Origin: a virus
IMG/VR virus record: IMGVR_UViG_3300045936_000225
Coordinates: 2,258-66,257 of that record
Reading direction: 5' to 3' (one strand)
Length of the DNA: 64,000 bases
The stretch's first letter is position 1, and each line of letters begins with the position of its first letter. The translations under genes were made by a program, and so were the position numbers. The notes beneath the pieces are model-generated. The model had not been told where the DNA came from. It ran no database searches and worked only from the letters and a program-made list of their open reading frames with translations. This document shows positions 8,927 through 18,938 of the stretch, in pieces.

Positions 8927-9841
8927 ATGGCAGTCCCAATGCAATCAGCTGCTTTCCGCAGCATCGTCGAGCCCATCCTCAACCACGTCTATGACGGCAT
9001 CATGGACCAGCGCAAGGACGAATACTTGCAGGTCTTCGAGGTCGTCAAGGGCACGGAACGGATGTACCACGAGGTGCCCGTGCTGGCCGGTTTCGGCCTG
9101 GCTCCGGAGATCCCGGATGGCCGGCCCGTGACCTACCAGCAGAGTGGCACGCTGTTCATCAAGCGTTACGTCTACAAGGTCTACGGCACCGCTTTCGCGC
9201 TGACCAAGATCCTGGTGCAGGATGGCGATCACATCAAGATCGGCTCCATCTTCGCGAAGCAGGGCGCGCAGGCGATGATCGAGACCATGGAGACCAACGC
9301 TGCGAACATCATCAACCGCGCGTACAATGCATCGTACGTCGGTGGTGACAACGTGGCACTCGGCAGCGCCTCGCACCCGATCGTGGGTGGCACCTTCAGC
9401 AACATCCTGGCGACGCCTGCGGCCCTGTCGCAGACCAGCCTGGAACAGCTCCTGACGCAGATCACCAAGGCCGTGGACAACAACGGCAAGAAGATCCGCC
9501 TGGAGAAGAAGAAGCTGGTGGTGTCGGCGGAGAACGAGTACCAGGCCGAAGTGATCACCAAGTCCGTGCTGCGCTCGGGTGTCGCCAACAACGACATCAA
9601 CCCGATCAAGAGCAAGGGCTTGCTGGCCGGCGGCGTGGCGCTCATGACCCGCATGACGAGCGCGACCCAGTGGGGCGTGCTGACGAATGCCCAGGAAGGC
9701 ATGCAGTACGTGTGGCGCCAGAAGCAGGAGAAGCGTATGGAGGGTGACTTCGAAACCAACTCCATGCGTTACGCCTTCGACGAACGCTACGACTTCGGCT
9801 GGGTCAACCCGCGCGCGTTCTTCAGCACGGCTGGCCTGTAG
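8927..9841 (+). CDS. major capsid protein
   Basis: 304 aa with a strong AAGGGAGG Shine-Dalgarno. It follows the decoration gene and is followed by a strong hairpin terminator. Confidence 0.6.
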   Translation: MAVPMQSAAFRSIVEPILNHVYDGIMDQRKDEYLQVFEVVKGTERMYHEVPVLAGFGLAPEIPDGRPVTYQQSGTLFIKRYVYKVYGTAFALTKILVQDGDHIKIGSIFAKQGAQAMIETMETNAANIINRAYNASYVGGDNVALGSASHPIVGGTFSNILATPAALSQTSLEQLLTQITKAVDNNGKKIRLEKKKLVVSAENEYQAEVITKSVLRSGVANNDINPIKSKGLLAGGVALMTRMTSATQWGVLTNAQEGMQYVWRQKQEKRMEGDFETNSMRYAFDERYDFGWVNPRAFFSTAGL

Positions 9842-9878
9842 TCAACCTCGACCCGTCGAGGCCTGATTACCTGACGGT

Positions 9879-9910
9879 GATCCTCCGGGGGTGCTGCCCT
9901 CCGGAGGATC
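9879..9910 (+). terminator. stem-loop after the capsid gene (10-13 bp GC-rich stem)
   Basis: gatcctccgggg-gtgctg-ccctccggaggatc, followed by agattct. The hairpin reads on both strands. Confidence 0.55.
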
Positions 9911-9984
9911 AGATTCTAGCAGCAAACTCGCCCCAGATGAAGAATGGGGCATCAACGGCCCGATGAAAAGGGCAGGAGTCTGAA

Positions 9985-10725
9985 ATGGGTCTTCTCGACA
10001 ACAGCATCACACAGCTTCCGTTTGGCGTGAGCGATCAGGGCCAGTCCGCCCCGCTCGGCCAGATTCCCTTCCCCACCAAGCCGTTCGTGGACTTCGCGAC
10101 GCAGCTCGACGAGTTCAACACGCTGCCGGTCGACGACGTCGACTACGCCATCACTCTGGCGGCCACCGGCGCGTTCACGATGAACACGACCATCGCCAAT
10201 GGCTGGCTGAACATCGCCACTCCTGCAGCCGCAGACGGCGTGACCCTGCTGGGCCTGGCAGCCTTCCGCTTCCAGAAGGGCGCACTGCCTTCCACCGGCG
10301 GCAAGAAGCTCGCAGCGCGCTTCAAGTTCCGCTTCGGCACCACGGCCTACCTCGCCACGATCCTGGGCATCGGCCTGGCCAATGCAGCTGCTGTCACCGC
10401 TGGCGGCATCACGGACGGCATCGTACTGACCAAGGCCGACGCATCGGCGAATCTGGTCCTCTCGATCCGCTCCGGCAGTGCCACCATCGACTCGGCGACG
10501 ATCGGCACGGCATCGAGCGCCGGCGACATCACCCTGGACCTGTACTACGATGGCGGTGATCGCCTGTACTACGGCACCAGCGGAACCGGGTATGCTGGCT
10601 ACCTGACGATGACCACCGCTCCCACCGGCGTGGTGCGTCCCTTCGTCATGCAGACCGGCGGCGCTCTCGCAGGTGCGACCACGGTGTCGATCCTCGACAC
10701 GCTGTTCGTTTCCAGCGAGCGGTAA
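9985..10725 (+). CDS. structural protein (G/A/T-rich beta protein)
   Basis: GGCAGGAG Shine-Dalgarno. Structural-protein-like composition. Confidence 0.5.
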   Translation: MGLLDNSITQLPFGVSDQGQSAPLGQIPFPTKPFVDFATQLDEFNTLPVDDVDYAITLAATGAFTMNTTIANGWLNIATPAAADGVTLLGLAAFRFQKGALPSTGGKKLAARFKFRFGTTAYLATILGIGLANAAAVTAGGITDGIVLTKADASANLVLSIRSGSATIDSATIGTASSAGDITLDLYYDGGDRLYYGTSGTGYAGYLTMTTAPTGVVRPFVMQTGGALAGATTVSILDTLFVSSER

Positions 10726-10775
10726 TCGCAATTCGGGAGGCGCCGCAAACCGGCGCTTCCTGAGCAGGAGAGATC

Positions 10776-11129
10776 ATGCGCCCGATTCGCAGTGTAGCGG
10801 TTCCTGCTTCGAGCAATTCCGCTGTGGTGGTTCTGGATCCCTTGCAGAAGGGACCCATCTTGGTTCAGCTCGCAGCGATCACCGGAACGCCGGCGATCAC
10901 CGTGCAGTGGACCAACGATGACGTCCAGGCCGCAGGTTACGATCCGGCTACCGGTGCCTGGAAGGCATGCGGCCAGCCCGGCTCGATGGCAGCCAAGGGT
11001 GATGGCGGCGTGCTCACAGACGCCCAGACCGTACCCAAGGAGATCATGCCGGTTGCCATTCGCTTCGTCAATGCGAACGGCGCCAGCACCGGCTCCATGA
11101 ACATCATGCAGTCCGGCATCCTGGGCTGA
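10776..11129 (+). CDS. hypothetical structural protein
   Basis: AGGAGA Shine-Dalgarno. Confidence 0.5.
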   Translation: MRPIRSVAVPASSNSAVVVLDPLQKGPILVQLAAITGTPAITVQWTNDDVQAAGYDPATGAWKACGQPGSMAAKGDGGVLTDAQTVPKEIMPVAIRFVNANGASTGSMNIMQSGILG

Positions 11130-11139
11130 GGGAGAGGCC

Positions 11140-11910
11140 ATGAAAGGTTTTCAGAAGGGTTGCAACTTCAACACTTCGGCAAACGGCCAATTCCGAGCCG
11201 AGCCAGTAAAGCTGGCAACTGGCGGTCTTGCAGGACTGAAGGCTTCTTCGCCGAAACCGTCTCCTCGTGGCATCGCTGGCGCGATTGCTTCGAAGCTTGG
11301 CTCGAGCATGAAACCGGCTGCGCCCAAAAGCGGAATGCTCGGCAAAATCGGATCGAGCCTGAAGAGCGCGGTACAGAAGGTTGCACCGCCTTCCGCGCCC
11401 GTTACCCCAGCCGCCGCGCCTGCAAGGGTTTCGCCGCGACCAGCGCCGAGAGCCTTCAAGGAAGGAGGCGCTGTCATGGCCGGTCAAGGTTCTGGCGTTC
11501 ACCGCGCGCAGATACAGGAACACGGCTATGCTGAGGGCGGCAAAGTCGAGACGAAGGAGCAGTTCAAGGTGAAGCTGATGAAGAAGCAGGATCCGCCTGC
11601 GCCGAAGCAGAAGCTTGCCCGTGCTGCCGATCGTCAGGACTTCGCCGACCTGAACGGCGGCGACGCCCAGCGCGAGACCATCCGAGTCGGTAATACGAAA
11701 GCCTCGTATAAGCAGGCGAAGGACTTCCAGGCCGAGGCGCGAATCGACGAAGGCAAGGGTGGCATCGAGACGTGGAATCAGCGACAGGGCAAGGTCGAGA
11801 ATTACGCCAAGGGCGGCTCGGTCGCAGGCTGTCACACGATCGTGGAACGCCAGATGAAGAAGCACGTCGCAACTCCGGCGCCGAAGGGTCACAAGGGTCT
11901 TAAGGCATAG
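11140..11910 (+). CDS. K/A/P-rich basic protein (possible internal DNA-associated virion protein)
   Basis: GAGGGAGAGG Shine-Dalgarno. Low-complexity basic sequence. Confidence 0.45.
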   Translation: MKGFQKGCNFNTSANGQFRAEPVKLATGGLAGLKASSPKPSPRGIAGAIASKLGSSMKPAAPKSGMLGKIGSSLKSAVQKVAPPSAPVTPAAAPARVSPRPAPRAFKEGGAVMAGQGSGVHRAQIQEHGYAEGGKVETKEQFKVKLMKKQDPPAPKQKLARAADRQDFADLNGGDAQRETIRVGNTKASYKQAKDFQAEARIDEGKGGIETWNQRQGKVENYAKGGSVAGCHTIVERQMKKHVATPAPKGHKGLKA

Positions 11911-11917
11911 ACTGCGC

Positions 11918-11946
11918 TTTACGGCACCCGTGCCTTAGCGTATAAT
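11918..11946 (+). promoter_or_regulatory. promoter copy C: GCTTTACGGCA - 17 nt - TATAAT
   Basis: Exact 11-mer with a 17-nt spacer and perfect -10. It lies upstream of gene 12006. Confidence 0.55.
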
Positions 11947-12005
11947 CCAGGGTATCGGGCAAGCTCATAGTCGCTGGCCGTCCCTTCCCGTAAAGAGGAA
12001 TTCGG

Positions 12006-13058
12006 ATGGCCACCAGCGGAACAGTTGCGCAAACTCGGGTAAACGTTCGTCAACTGATTGACGGTGCAGCACGACGCTGCAAGATCCCGCCGCAGAAGCT
12101 CAGTCGTGAAGACATCTACACGGCCAAGGAACTTCTGTTCGAGATCCTGTCTTCCTGGTCGAATCGCGGTCTGTTTCTTCCTGCCATCCAGTCTCACATC
12201 CTTCCGATGTATTCTGGCGTGCAGACCATTCCGTGCCCGGCCGGAACTGTTGATGCACTTAACACGAACATCCGTCAGCTGACGCGCCTTCGAGGCACTG
12301 CCTCAGCTTCCGAGGGTGACGCCGATTCCGCTTTTGACGGCGACATCGATACGGCTTGCACGCAAGTTGCTGCAGCTGGCAATATCTCAGTCGAGTTGGT
12401 CGATGCTGAAACGCCGACCAATCTCGGAATTCTGTTCAATGCCACAGGCACCGTCAGCTTCCAGGTTCAATCGAGCGACGATGGCTTGTCATGGACTACT
12501 CGTTATGAGGAAACAGATTATTCGGCGGCGGCTGGGGCGTGGTACTGGTGGGATGTCGAGGGCCTGCCGGCTGCTGCGTTTTGGCGGCTCCAAGCGGTGG
12601 CGCCCACCGTGCTCGACGTGGCGGAGTTCGTGCTTGCAGGCAATCCCACGGAGATCCCACTCTCGAAGATCAACCGCGACGATTACATGAACCTGCCGAA
12701 CAAGGTGTTCCCGAGTCGCCCTGTTCAGTTCTACTACGACAAGCAGGTTCCGATTCCGAATGCAGTTCTGTGGCCGGCACCTTCTTCTGAATTCACTTTC
12801 TGGCAGATCGTGATGACGACGCAACGTCTCATTCAAGATCCTGGCGCACTCACGAACGAGATCGAGATCCCTCCTGGCGGTCTTCTCGCTCTCAAAGCGT
12901 CGTTGGCCTATCAGCTTGCCGGCGAGCTCATGAACTCGTTGATGAAGCCGATCGACCTTCTTGATGAAATGAATCGATCCCTCAACGACTTCTGGGCTGG
13001 TCAGACTGATTCAAGCCAGACCAGGCTTGCCCCTGACATCTCACCGTACACGCGCTGA
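12006..13058 (+). CDS. structural protein (adaptor or tail component?)
   Basis: AAGAGGA Shine-Dalgarno, 350 aa. No family was recognised. Confidence 0.5.
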   Translation: MATSGTVAQTRVNVRQLIDGAARRCKIPPQKLSREDIYTAKELLFEILSSWSNRGLFLPAIQSHILPMYSGVQTIPCPAGTVDALNTNIRQLTRLRGTASASEGDADSAFDGDIDTACTQVAAAGNISVELVDAETPTNLGILFNATGTVSFQVQSSDDGLSWTTRYEETDYSAAAGAWYWWDVEGLPAAAFWRLQAVAPTVLDVAEFVLAGNPTEIPLSKINRDDYMNLPNKVFPSRPVQFYYDKQVPIPNAVLWPAPSSEFTFWQIVMTTQRLIQDPGALTNEIEIPPGGLLALKASLAYQLAGELMNSLMKPIDLLDEMNRSLNDFWAGQTDSSQTRLAPDISPYTR

Positions 13059-13390
13059 TGCCGAGGTTTCTGAGTGATACTCGCAGATCAATCATCGCCC
13101 TCGGGCGGTGCGATCGCTGTCACTTCAAATTCTACCTCGACGAACTCTCAGATGATCGCAATACGCCTGGGCTGAAGGTCTGCGCACGGTGCAATGATCA
13201 ATACGATCCGTACAGACTGCCAGCTCCGCCTCCAGACAACATCGTGTTGCCATTCAATCGGCCAGATCTTCCTGCGCTCACTTTCGGCACTTCACCGTCG
13301 TCATTCAGCGGCCTCGCCACTGAGGACGACGACTGGATCGAAGTGGAGCTTTACTACGAAGACGGCACTTATGGAATTGAGATAACGTAG
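13058..13390 (+). CDS. small Cys4 zinc-ribbon protein
   Basis: Motif CDRCH ... CARCN. ATG overlaps the upstream stop (TGATG). Confidence 0.45.
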   Translation: MPRFLSDTRRSIIALGRCDRCHFKFYLDELSDDRNTPGLKVCARCNDQYDPYRLPAPPPDNIVLPFNRPDLPALTFGTSPSSFSGLATEDDDWIEVELYYEDGTYGIEIT

Positions 13391-16300
13391 TGGCCAACGT
13401 CTTCGTACCAATCACTTCGCTGCCGGTTCTACCAGGATCGCCTGGTTTCGGCATGCGCATGCCGATCCAAGCTGCAGGCGTCACCTACCAAGTTGATGCG
13501 CGGCTGTTCCCTCTCAATGTCGATACATTCGTTACCTGGGGTTCGCAAGCTGCAGATCTGCCGAACAGCAAGCAGATCATCGCTGGCGGCGGCATCGTAT
13601 TTGACACTACAACGGTGCCTGGGCAACTCATCATCGAGGCGCCTGCCGGAGCGACACCAGAAGCTCTGACGCGCACGAATGACACCAATGTCACGCTGAC
13701 GCTGACTGGCGATCCCAACAACGCAGTATTCAATGCGACCAACATCGCCGTTGGCTGGAGCGGAACGCTTTCCGCAGATCGCGGCGGCACAGGGATCGGC
13801 GCATACGCGATCGGCGATATCCTGTATGCGAGTGCTGCGAATGCACTTACGGCTCTGCCGATCGGTGCTGCCGGTCAGGTACTCAGCGCGCAAGGCGCTG
13901 GGCTTGCCCCTCAATGGCGTTCCTCCGCTGGCGGCGCCATTTCGATGGGCTACAACTTCAGCACGGACACGGCTGCCACTGATCCCGGTATTCGCAAGCT
14001 GAAGTTCAATTTCAGCGGATTCAATGCGACTGAGATATACATCAACGAGACTGCGCAGGACAGTTTCGACGCGACGACGATTCTCTCGTTGCTGCAGACC
14101 GGCAATCGCATTTACATGCAGCAGCAGAGTGATGGCACTCGTGCAGTAGTATTCCAGGTCACCGGCCCTGCAGTTGACAATGGCTCATGGTGGACAATCC
14201 CGGTTGTCCTGGTTGACTCGCGCGGCGTTCTGTTCGGGAACAACGCAGACCTAGCTGTTGTGTTCATCATGTCGATTTCGGCGAGCGCTGCCGCGAATCC
14301 GACTGCATCGGTTGGGCTTGTCGCAGTCAACGGCGTCGCGACGACCTGGATGCGCAGCGATGCCGCGCCAGCACTCAGCGTTACCATCTCGCCGACCTGG
14401 ACTGGCAACCATACATTTGCTCCAGCAGCTGGCGGAACCGTCTTCTACAGCGCGGATGGCGTCCACACGCTCAGCGGTGCAGACAGCTGGATGGCCGGCA
14501 CCGCTGGTCACGTTGTTTCCTATGGAGGCGGAACAGGAGCTGGCGCCACGCTCAATGAGGCGAGCTTCTTCATCGCCACCACCAACTGGGGTCTGTCAGG
14601 TTGGGAGGATAAGCCATTCATCCTGGCTGTTGGAGGCTCTACTCGTCTCACAGTACTTGCCACGACAGGCGCGTGGGGCCTGGGCGGCGCCAACTATGGC
14701 ACTGCCGGTCAAGTCATCACGTCCAACGGATCAGGCGCTGCGCCAACCTGGCAGACTGTTGCAGGCGGCATCACAGGCCTCGCCAATCCTTCTGCGACGA
14801 TCGGTCTTGCTGCAGTCAACGGCGCAGCCACTACGGCGATGCGCAGCGATGGCGCTCCTGCGCTCAGTCAGGCGATTGCGCCGACGTGGACTGGAGTCCA
14901 CTTCTTTAATGGAGCGCCGAACTACTCCCAATCCGCAATAACCGGCGTGACCATGGGTGCAGAGAGCGGTTATGCTTCTCTCTGGATGACTACAGCAGGC
15001 AGCACTGCCGATTACAGGAAGTGGGCGATTTATATTGGCAATGGCGCCAGCGGTAGATTTCAGCTGTCTGCATGGAATGATGCGACGAACGCCTTTCGGG
15101 ATGCGCTGGTATTCGACCGCACAGGCATTGCCATCACAACGATGTCGTATGGCAATATTACAGACTTGCCTGCGCATTACATGTATGGACTTACGCACTT
15201 TCTGCGCAACGGAGCTGCAGCCACTTACTGGCGCGTTCCTGATGCGACTGCAGACAACAAGGTCACGCAGCTGTTCACGACTGGAGCTGGCGGCGGTCTG
15301 ACGCTTACAGACGACGCAATCGCTATCAGTGCCTTCCTGTTGAACTGGACGCGCTCTGGCAATGCCGTTACATTGATGGAGTATGGCAACAGCACGAACT
15401 GGCCAGAGCACACAGTTTATGGCGCCATCACTGTACGCGGCGGAACGACGACGCCGTGGACAGGAAGCAGCGCGAACTCTCACGTCAAGTTGTTCTCGTA
15501 CAACGGCATCTATCCTGCCCTTGTTCTGAACAACTCCAGTGCACCTGCCAATGAGCGTGCATTCGACTTCTATGTCCATCACAACGCCTCTGGCGGCCAC
15601 AGCGCGCTCATTGGCGAGGCGTTGAATGATGCTGCCGCTGTTCGCGAGTGGCTGCGTGTACTCCGCAATGGTATTGCTATCAGCAACATCACGCTCGGTA
15701 ATGCGACTGATGTTCCTTATGTGATTATACCAGGCTCTCTGCAGGTGGCGCAGAACGAGCCGTGGGGCATCAGCAACGCTTACGGCACATACCCTTCGTT
15801 CGACTCAGGATCAAGCCCGACGATTCCGTATGGCACGAAGTTCGTGCAGGGTGCCTCGAACGGTCCTGGTGGATCTGGCGAGACGCAGTATTACCACATG
15901 CGCATCGGCCTCGGGTCGGAGTACATCAACCGATATGGCATGGACATCGCCATACCGCGCACTCCATCTGGTGGCAATCCATACATGTATATCCGCTTCC
16001 TGGAGGAAGGATCGTTCGCTGGCTGGGCGAAGATTTGGGCTGGATATGCAGACAGCTCTGACCTTGCGCTGAAGTTCAACTCGACTTCGCATCCAGGCAC
16101 ATACTGGTTGGTGAATAACTGGGATGGTACTTACTGGTCCATCACAGGCAATCTTGGCGCGCCTGTGCGTGTCAAATACGCGGATCGATCATCTGTGCCG
16201 GGTGGATTCGGCGATGGTCTCGCAAATCACATTTCGTCTGGTATTACGATCAATAGTGGCGACATCGCCACGAATGGAACCTACACTGTGGTGAATACCA

Positions 16301-16452
16301 GCGGAAGCGCGGTGACAATCACGCAGGGCACTTCTACGCTTTATCTCGCGGGTGTCGGCACGACAGGCAATAAGACGCTCGCTGCTTATGGTATTTGCAC
16401 CATCCGCGGTATTGCTTCGGGTGTCGGCATCATTGCAGGAAACGTTACATGA
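13390..16452 (+). CDS. tail fibre protein 1
   Basis: 1020 aa. Internal duplicated motif (GLVAVNGVATTWMRSDAAPALS / GLAAVNGAATTAMRSDGAPALS ... PTWTG.H.F) typical of phage fibres. Its C-terminal domain is shared with fibre 2. Confidence 0.75.
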   Translation: MANVFVPITSLPVLPGSPGFGMRMPIQAAGVTYQVDARLFPLNVDTFVTWGSQAADLPNSKQIIAGGGIVFDTTTVPGQLIIEAPAGATPEALTRTNDTNVTLTLTGDPNNAVFNATNIAVGWSGTLSADRGGTGIGAYAIGDILYASAANALTALPIGAAGQVLSAQGAGLAPQWRSSAGGAISMGYNFSTDTAATDPGIRKLKFNFSGFNATEIYINETAQDSFDATTILSLLQTGNRIYMQQQSDGTRAVVFQVTGPAVDNGSWWTIPVVLVDSRGVLFGNNADLAVVFIMSISASAAANPTASVGLVAVNGVATTWMRSDAAPALSVTISPTWTGNHTFAPAAGGTVFYSADGVHTLSGADSWMAGTAGHVVSYGGGTGAGATLNEASFFIATTNWGLSGWEDKPFILAVGGSTRLTVLATTGAWGLGGANYGTAGQVITSNGSGAAPTWQTVAGGITGLANPSATIGLAAVNGAATTAMRSDGAPALSQAIAPTWTGVHFFNGAPNYSQSAITGVTMGAESGYASLWMTTAGSTADYRKWAIYIGNGASGRFQLSAWNDATNAFRDALVFDRTGIAITTMSYGNITDLPAHYMYGLTHFLRNGAAATYWRVPDATADNKVTQLFTTGAGGGLTLTDDAIAISAFLLNWTRSGNAVTLMEYGNSTNWPEHTVYGAITVRGGTTTPWTGSSANSHVKLFSYNGIYPALVLNNSSAPANERAFDFYVHHNASGGHSALIGEALNDAAAVREWLRVLRNGIAISNITLGNATDVPYVIIPGSLQVAQNEPWGISNAYGTYPSFDSGSSPTIPYGTKFVQGASNGPGGSGETQYYHMRIGLGSEYINRYGMDIAIPRTPSGGNPYMYIRFLEEGSFAGWAKIWAGYADSSDLALKFNSTSHPGTYWLVNNWDGTYWSITGNLGAPVRVKYADRSSVPGGFGDGLANHISSGITINSGDIATNGTYTVVNTSGSAVTITQGTSTLYLAGVGTTGNKTLAAYGICTIRGIASGVGIIAGNVT

Positions 16453-17042
16453 TGAATCGCAATCTAATCCTGCCACGCAACGAGCTCATCATGCCGAGCT
16501 CGAAGCTGATTTCCATTCCTGATCCGCATGGTTTGTATCGGCGCCATCGACCGAAGAGGCACTGCGGCATTCAGCAGATGATGATGTTGCCGAGTGCAGG
16601 ACCTACGCTTGGCGCCACATTGCCTACTGCCACCGGACCTGCGTTCGGTTATCAGATCGAACTGCTGACGCATGTCTTCGACGGCTCTGCGTCATATGCT
16701 GCCATCACTTTCAGCTCTGGTAATTGGTCGCTTGATGATTTTGCGGGCGGCGCCACGGTGCACACTGCATGGCCTGGTGCAGGCCCGTACACCTGGCTGA
16801 CTGGCGGCGGGTCGATGATCGATTACGACATCATGTTCAATGTGACCGGAGGCGCGCTGAATGGTGGCGGCAGCTCGCCTGGAAACACCTGGGTGAATGC
16901 AGGTGCACTGAGCTCGTTCTATATCGAGCAAGTTGGTTTTACCTCTACCCAATGTTATGGCTCGTTGCACATTCGACCGGCTGGCGGCGGCGCCGACCTC
17001 GCGTCGTGCACCATCTTCCTGTACACCTATTACGACGTCTGA
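16449..17042 (+). CDS. hypothetical protein (fibre-associated?)
   Basis: ATGA overlap with the fibre stop. G-rich beta-type sequence. Confidence 0.45.
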   Translation: MMNRNLILPRNELIMPSSKLISIPDPHGLYRRHRPKRHCGIQQMMMLPSAGPTLGATLPTATGPAFGYQIELLTHVFDGSASYAAITFSSGNWSLDDFAGGATVHTAWPGAGPYTWLTGGGSMIDYDIMFNVTGGALNGGGSSPGNTWVNAGALSSFYIEQVGFTSTQCYGSLHIRPAGGGADLASCTIFLYTYYDV

Positions 17043-17051
17043 GGAATCATC

Positions 17052-17315
17052 ATGACTGACCTCGCAAACCACGTCCGCTCCTCTCTCGAGATGAGGCTGA
17101 CATTCCTCAAGAACCAGATCGGCCAGATCGCAGCTCTGACCGCAGGCCTTCCTGCAATGGAAGCTGAAGCTGCCGAAATCGAGGCCACACTAACCAACGT
17201 AGACAAAGACGTGAAGGTGGAGATTCCGATCGCGAAGCGCGAAATCGCGGTGGAGCCGCGCGGCCCGGTGATTCTGGAGTCGCCTGTCGTAGAGGAGCAG
17301 CCGATTGAACCTTGA
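17052..17315 (+). CDS. small hypothetical protein
   Basis: GAGGA Shine-Dalgarno. Confidence 0.4.
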   Translation: MTDLANHVRSSLEMRLTFLKNQIGQIAALTAGLPAMEAEAAEIEATLTNVDKDVKVEIPIAKREIAVEPRGPVILESPVVEEQPIEP

Positions 17316-17802
17316 GCTGATTCGCACTTCGTACATGCGAGACGCCACGCTGGGTTGGCTTATCGCCGGCGACTTGCGCATTGCAACTCTGGAGGAGCCG
17401 TGGATTCCTGATCCGGACGGTCCAGGCGGACAGCGCAGGGAAGGAGCCTTGCACGAATCGTGCGTTCCTGATGGCACGTATCAGCTGCTGCCATTTGACG
17501 GCACGCGCTTCAAAGGTGTGCACGCTCTGGTGAATCACAGCCTCGGTGTCTACTACTCGGAAGCGGACAAGCCTGCAGGTCAGAAGTGGGGTCGTAGCGC
17601 GATCCTGATTCACAACGCCAACAGCACAGCGAACATCCTAGGCTGCATCGCTGTCGGTCTGCGTCACGGCACTGAGCAAGGCGTGCCATGGGTGTACAAT
17701 TCAGTAGATGCTTTCACCAGGTTGAAGGCGTTGCTTGGCCGCGAGAAGCATGAGCTGATCATCCGCCCTGTCAGCGGAACTGCAGAGAGGATTCTGAATT
17801 GA
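17305..17802 (+). CDS. YkuD/L,D-transpeptidase-like fold protein (possible peptidoglycan-active enzyme); tentative
   Basis: Motif AILIHNANSTANILGCIAVG has His then Gly-Cys in LDT-like order, but the spacing is shorter than the canonical motif. GAGGAG Shine-Dalgarno and TTG start. Confidence 0.35.
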   Translation: MNLELIRTSYMRDATLGWLIAGDLRIATLEEPWIPDPDGPGGQRREGALHESCVPDGTYQLLPFDGTRFKGVHALVNHSLGVYYSEADKPAGQKWGRSAILIHNANSTANILGCIAVGLRHGTEQGVPWVYNSVDAFTRLKALLGREKHELIIRPVSGTAERILN

Positions 17803-17957
17803 AGAAGATCATCCTGATCATCGCGTTATCGCTCGGTGCCTGCAACACCACGAAGGACGGCATTCGCTATGATGATAGCGCTGGCGTGCCTCCTGGGTAT
17901 GAGGATCTTTGCAAGCGCGAGCCTGAGGCTGCGGAGTGCGGAGGCAAGCAGCCGTGA
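17799..17957 (+). CDS. small lipoprotein (52 aa), o-spanin-like; not in ORF track
   Basis: GAGAGGA Shine-Dalgarno 7 nt upstream of TTG. Signal peptide MKKIILIIALSLGAC with a lipobox-like LGAC. The mature part carries Pro and Cys residues. TGA overlaps the next start (GTGA). Confidence 0.4.
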   Translation: MKKIILIIALSLGACNTTKDGIRYDDSAGVPPGYEDLCKREPEAAECGGKQP

Positions 17958-18361
17958 GAATGGATGACCTCCACAACGTTCAGCGCCTGATCAATCGCGC
18001 CGTTGAGTATCGCGAGGATTACGATCAGTATGGACTGATCGAGCACTGGACCGAGGCCGGTGCTTTTGGCGATTGCGAGGACTATGCCATTCGCAAACTT
18101 CGTGTTTTGCTTCTGGCTGGTTGGGACATCAAGAAGCTGCGCCTGTGCTTCTGCTGGGTGGACTTCAAGGCGCCGAAGCAAGGTCATGCGGTGCTGATCG
18201 CAGAGCACAACGGCAAGTTGTACGTTCTCGACAACAATGCCGATCACGTGTATTCTGTTGCTCAGCGCCCGAACTATATCTGGGGATCCTGTCAAGTGGA
18301 AGGTGGCTCACGTGCGTGGGCCAAATGTAGTGAAGTGTTTCCCAGGTACGACCTGGAATGA
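17954..18361 (+). CDS. transglutaminase-like cysteine peptidase (BTLCP / peptidase C93-like)
   Basis: GDCEDYA motif (Cys), downstream GHAVL (His) and VLDNN (Asp) form a Cys-His-Asp triad in the typical order. GGAGG Shine-Dalgarno. Confidence 0.55.
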   Translation: MRMDDLHNVQRLINRAVEYREDYDQYGLIEHWTEAGAFGDCEDYAIRKLRVLLLAGWDIKKLRLCFCWVDFKAPKQGHAVLIAEHNGKLYVLDNNADHVYSVAQRPNYIWGSCQVEGGSRAWAKCSEVFPRYDLE

Positions 18362-18375
18362 TGGAGGTAGATGAC

Positions 18376-18588
18376 ATGTCCGTGCTTTCGACGATCAACA
18401 ACAACAAGACGAAGATCACCGGTGCATTGCTGGTGGCATTCGGCGTTCTGCAGACCCAGTCCGAGCAGATTCGTTCCCTACTCACACCGAACATGTTCGC
18501 CGGTTTCACCATCGTGGTTGGCGTTGCGGTCGCCGTTCTCGGCTTCCTCAACAGCGCCGCGTCCACGCCACCGGAGGGCCAGAAGTGA
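18376..18588 (+). CDS. small 2-TM membrane protein (class II holin-like)
   Basis: 70 aa with two hydrophobic helices (ITGALLVAFGVL; MFAGFTIVVGVAVAVLGFL). GGAGG Shine-Dalgarno 8 nt upstream. Confidence 0.45.
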   Translation: MSVLSTINNNKTKITGALLVAFGVLQTQSEQIRSLLTPNMFAGFTIVVGVAVAVLGFLNSAASTPPEGQK

Positions 18589-18938
18589 TGCTCACCCAGA
18601 AGCGAATGTACATGGCCGTCTGCGTCATGGCGATGCTCGTCATGACTGCCTGCGCGGCTCTGGGAGTGCCGAAACCCGAGACGTGGAACCAACGAGTCGT
18701 CGCAGCGTACTCGTCAGTCACAGCAGCTCGCGAGACGGCCACCATCCTGGTGAACCGCGACAAGCTCAGCGCAGCGGACGCCCAGAACGTGCAGAATACG
18801 CTCAACGAAGCTCGCAAGGGCATAGAAGTGGCGGAAGCGCTGTACAAGCTCAAACCGGCAGACGGTGAGGACAAGCTCGTTTCGACGCTGCGAATCCTCC
18901 AGGCCGCACAAGCCTATCTGGCAGGGGTGCAGAAGTGA
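18588..18938 (+). CDS. secreted or lipoprotein-like protein with signal peptide
   Basis: N-terminal MAVCVMAMLVMTAC|AALG (signal peptide or lipobox). TGATG overlap. Confidence 0.4.
   Translation: MLTQKRMYMAVCVMAMLVMTACAALGVPKPETWNQRVVAAYSSVTAARETATILVNRDKLSAADAQNVQNTLNEARKGIEVAEALYKLKPADGEDKLVSTLRILQAAQAYLAGVQK

Noticed and set aside
11985-11995. Inverted partial copy of the promoter motif (cccgtaaagagg)
   Set aside because: Only 8 of 11 bases match, and no acceptable -10 lies at the right spacing on the - strand. It is probably part of the Shine-Dalgarno region of gene 12006.
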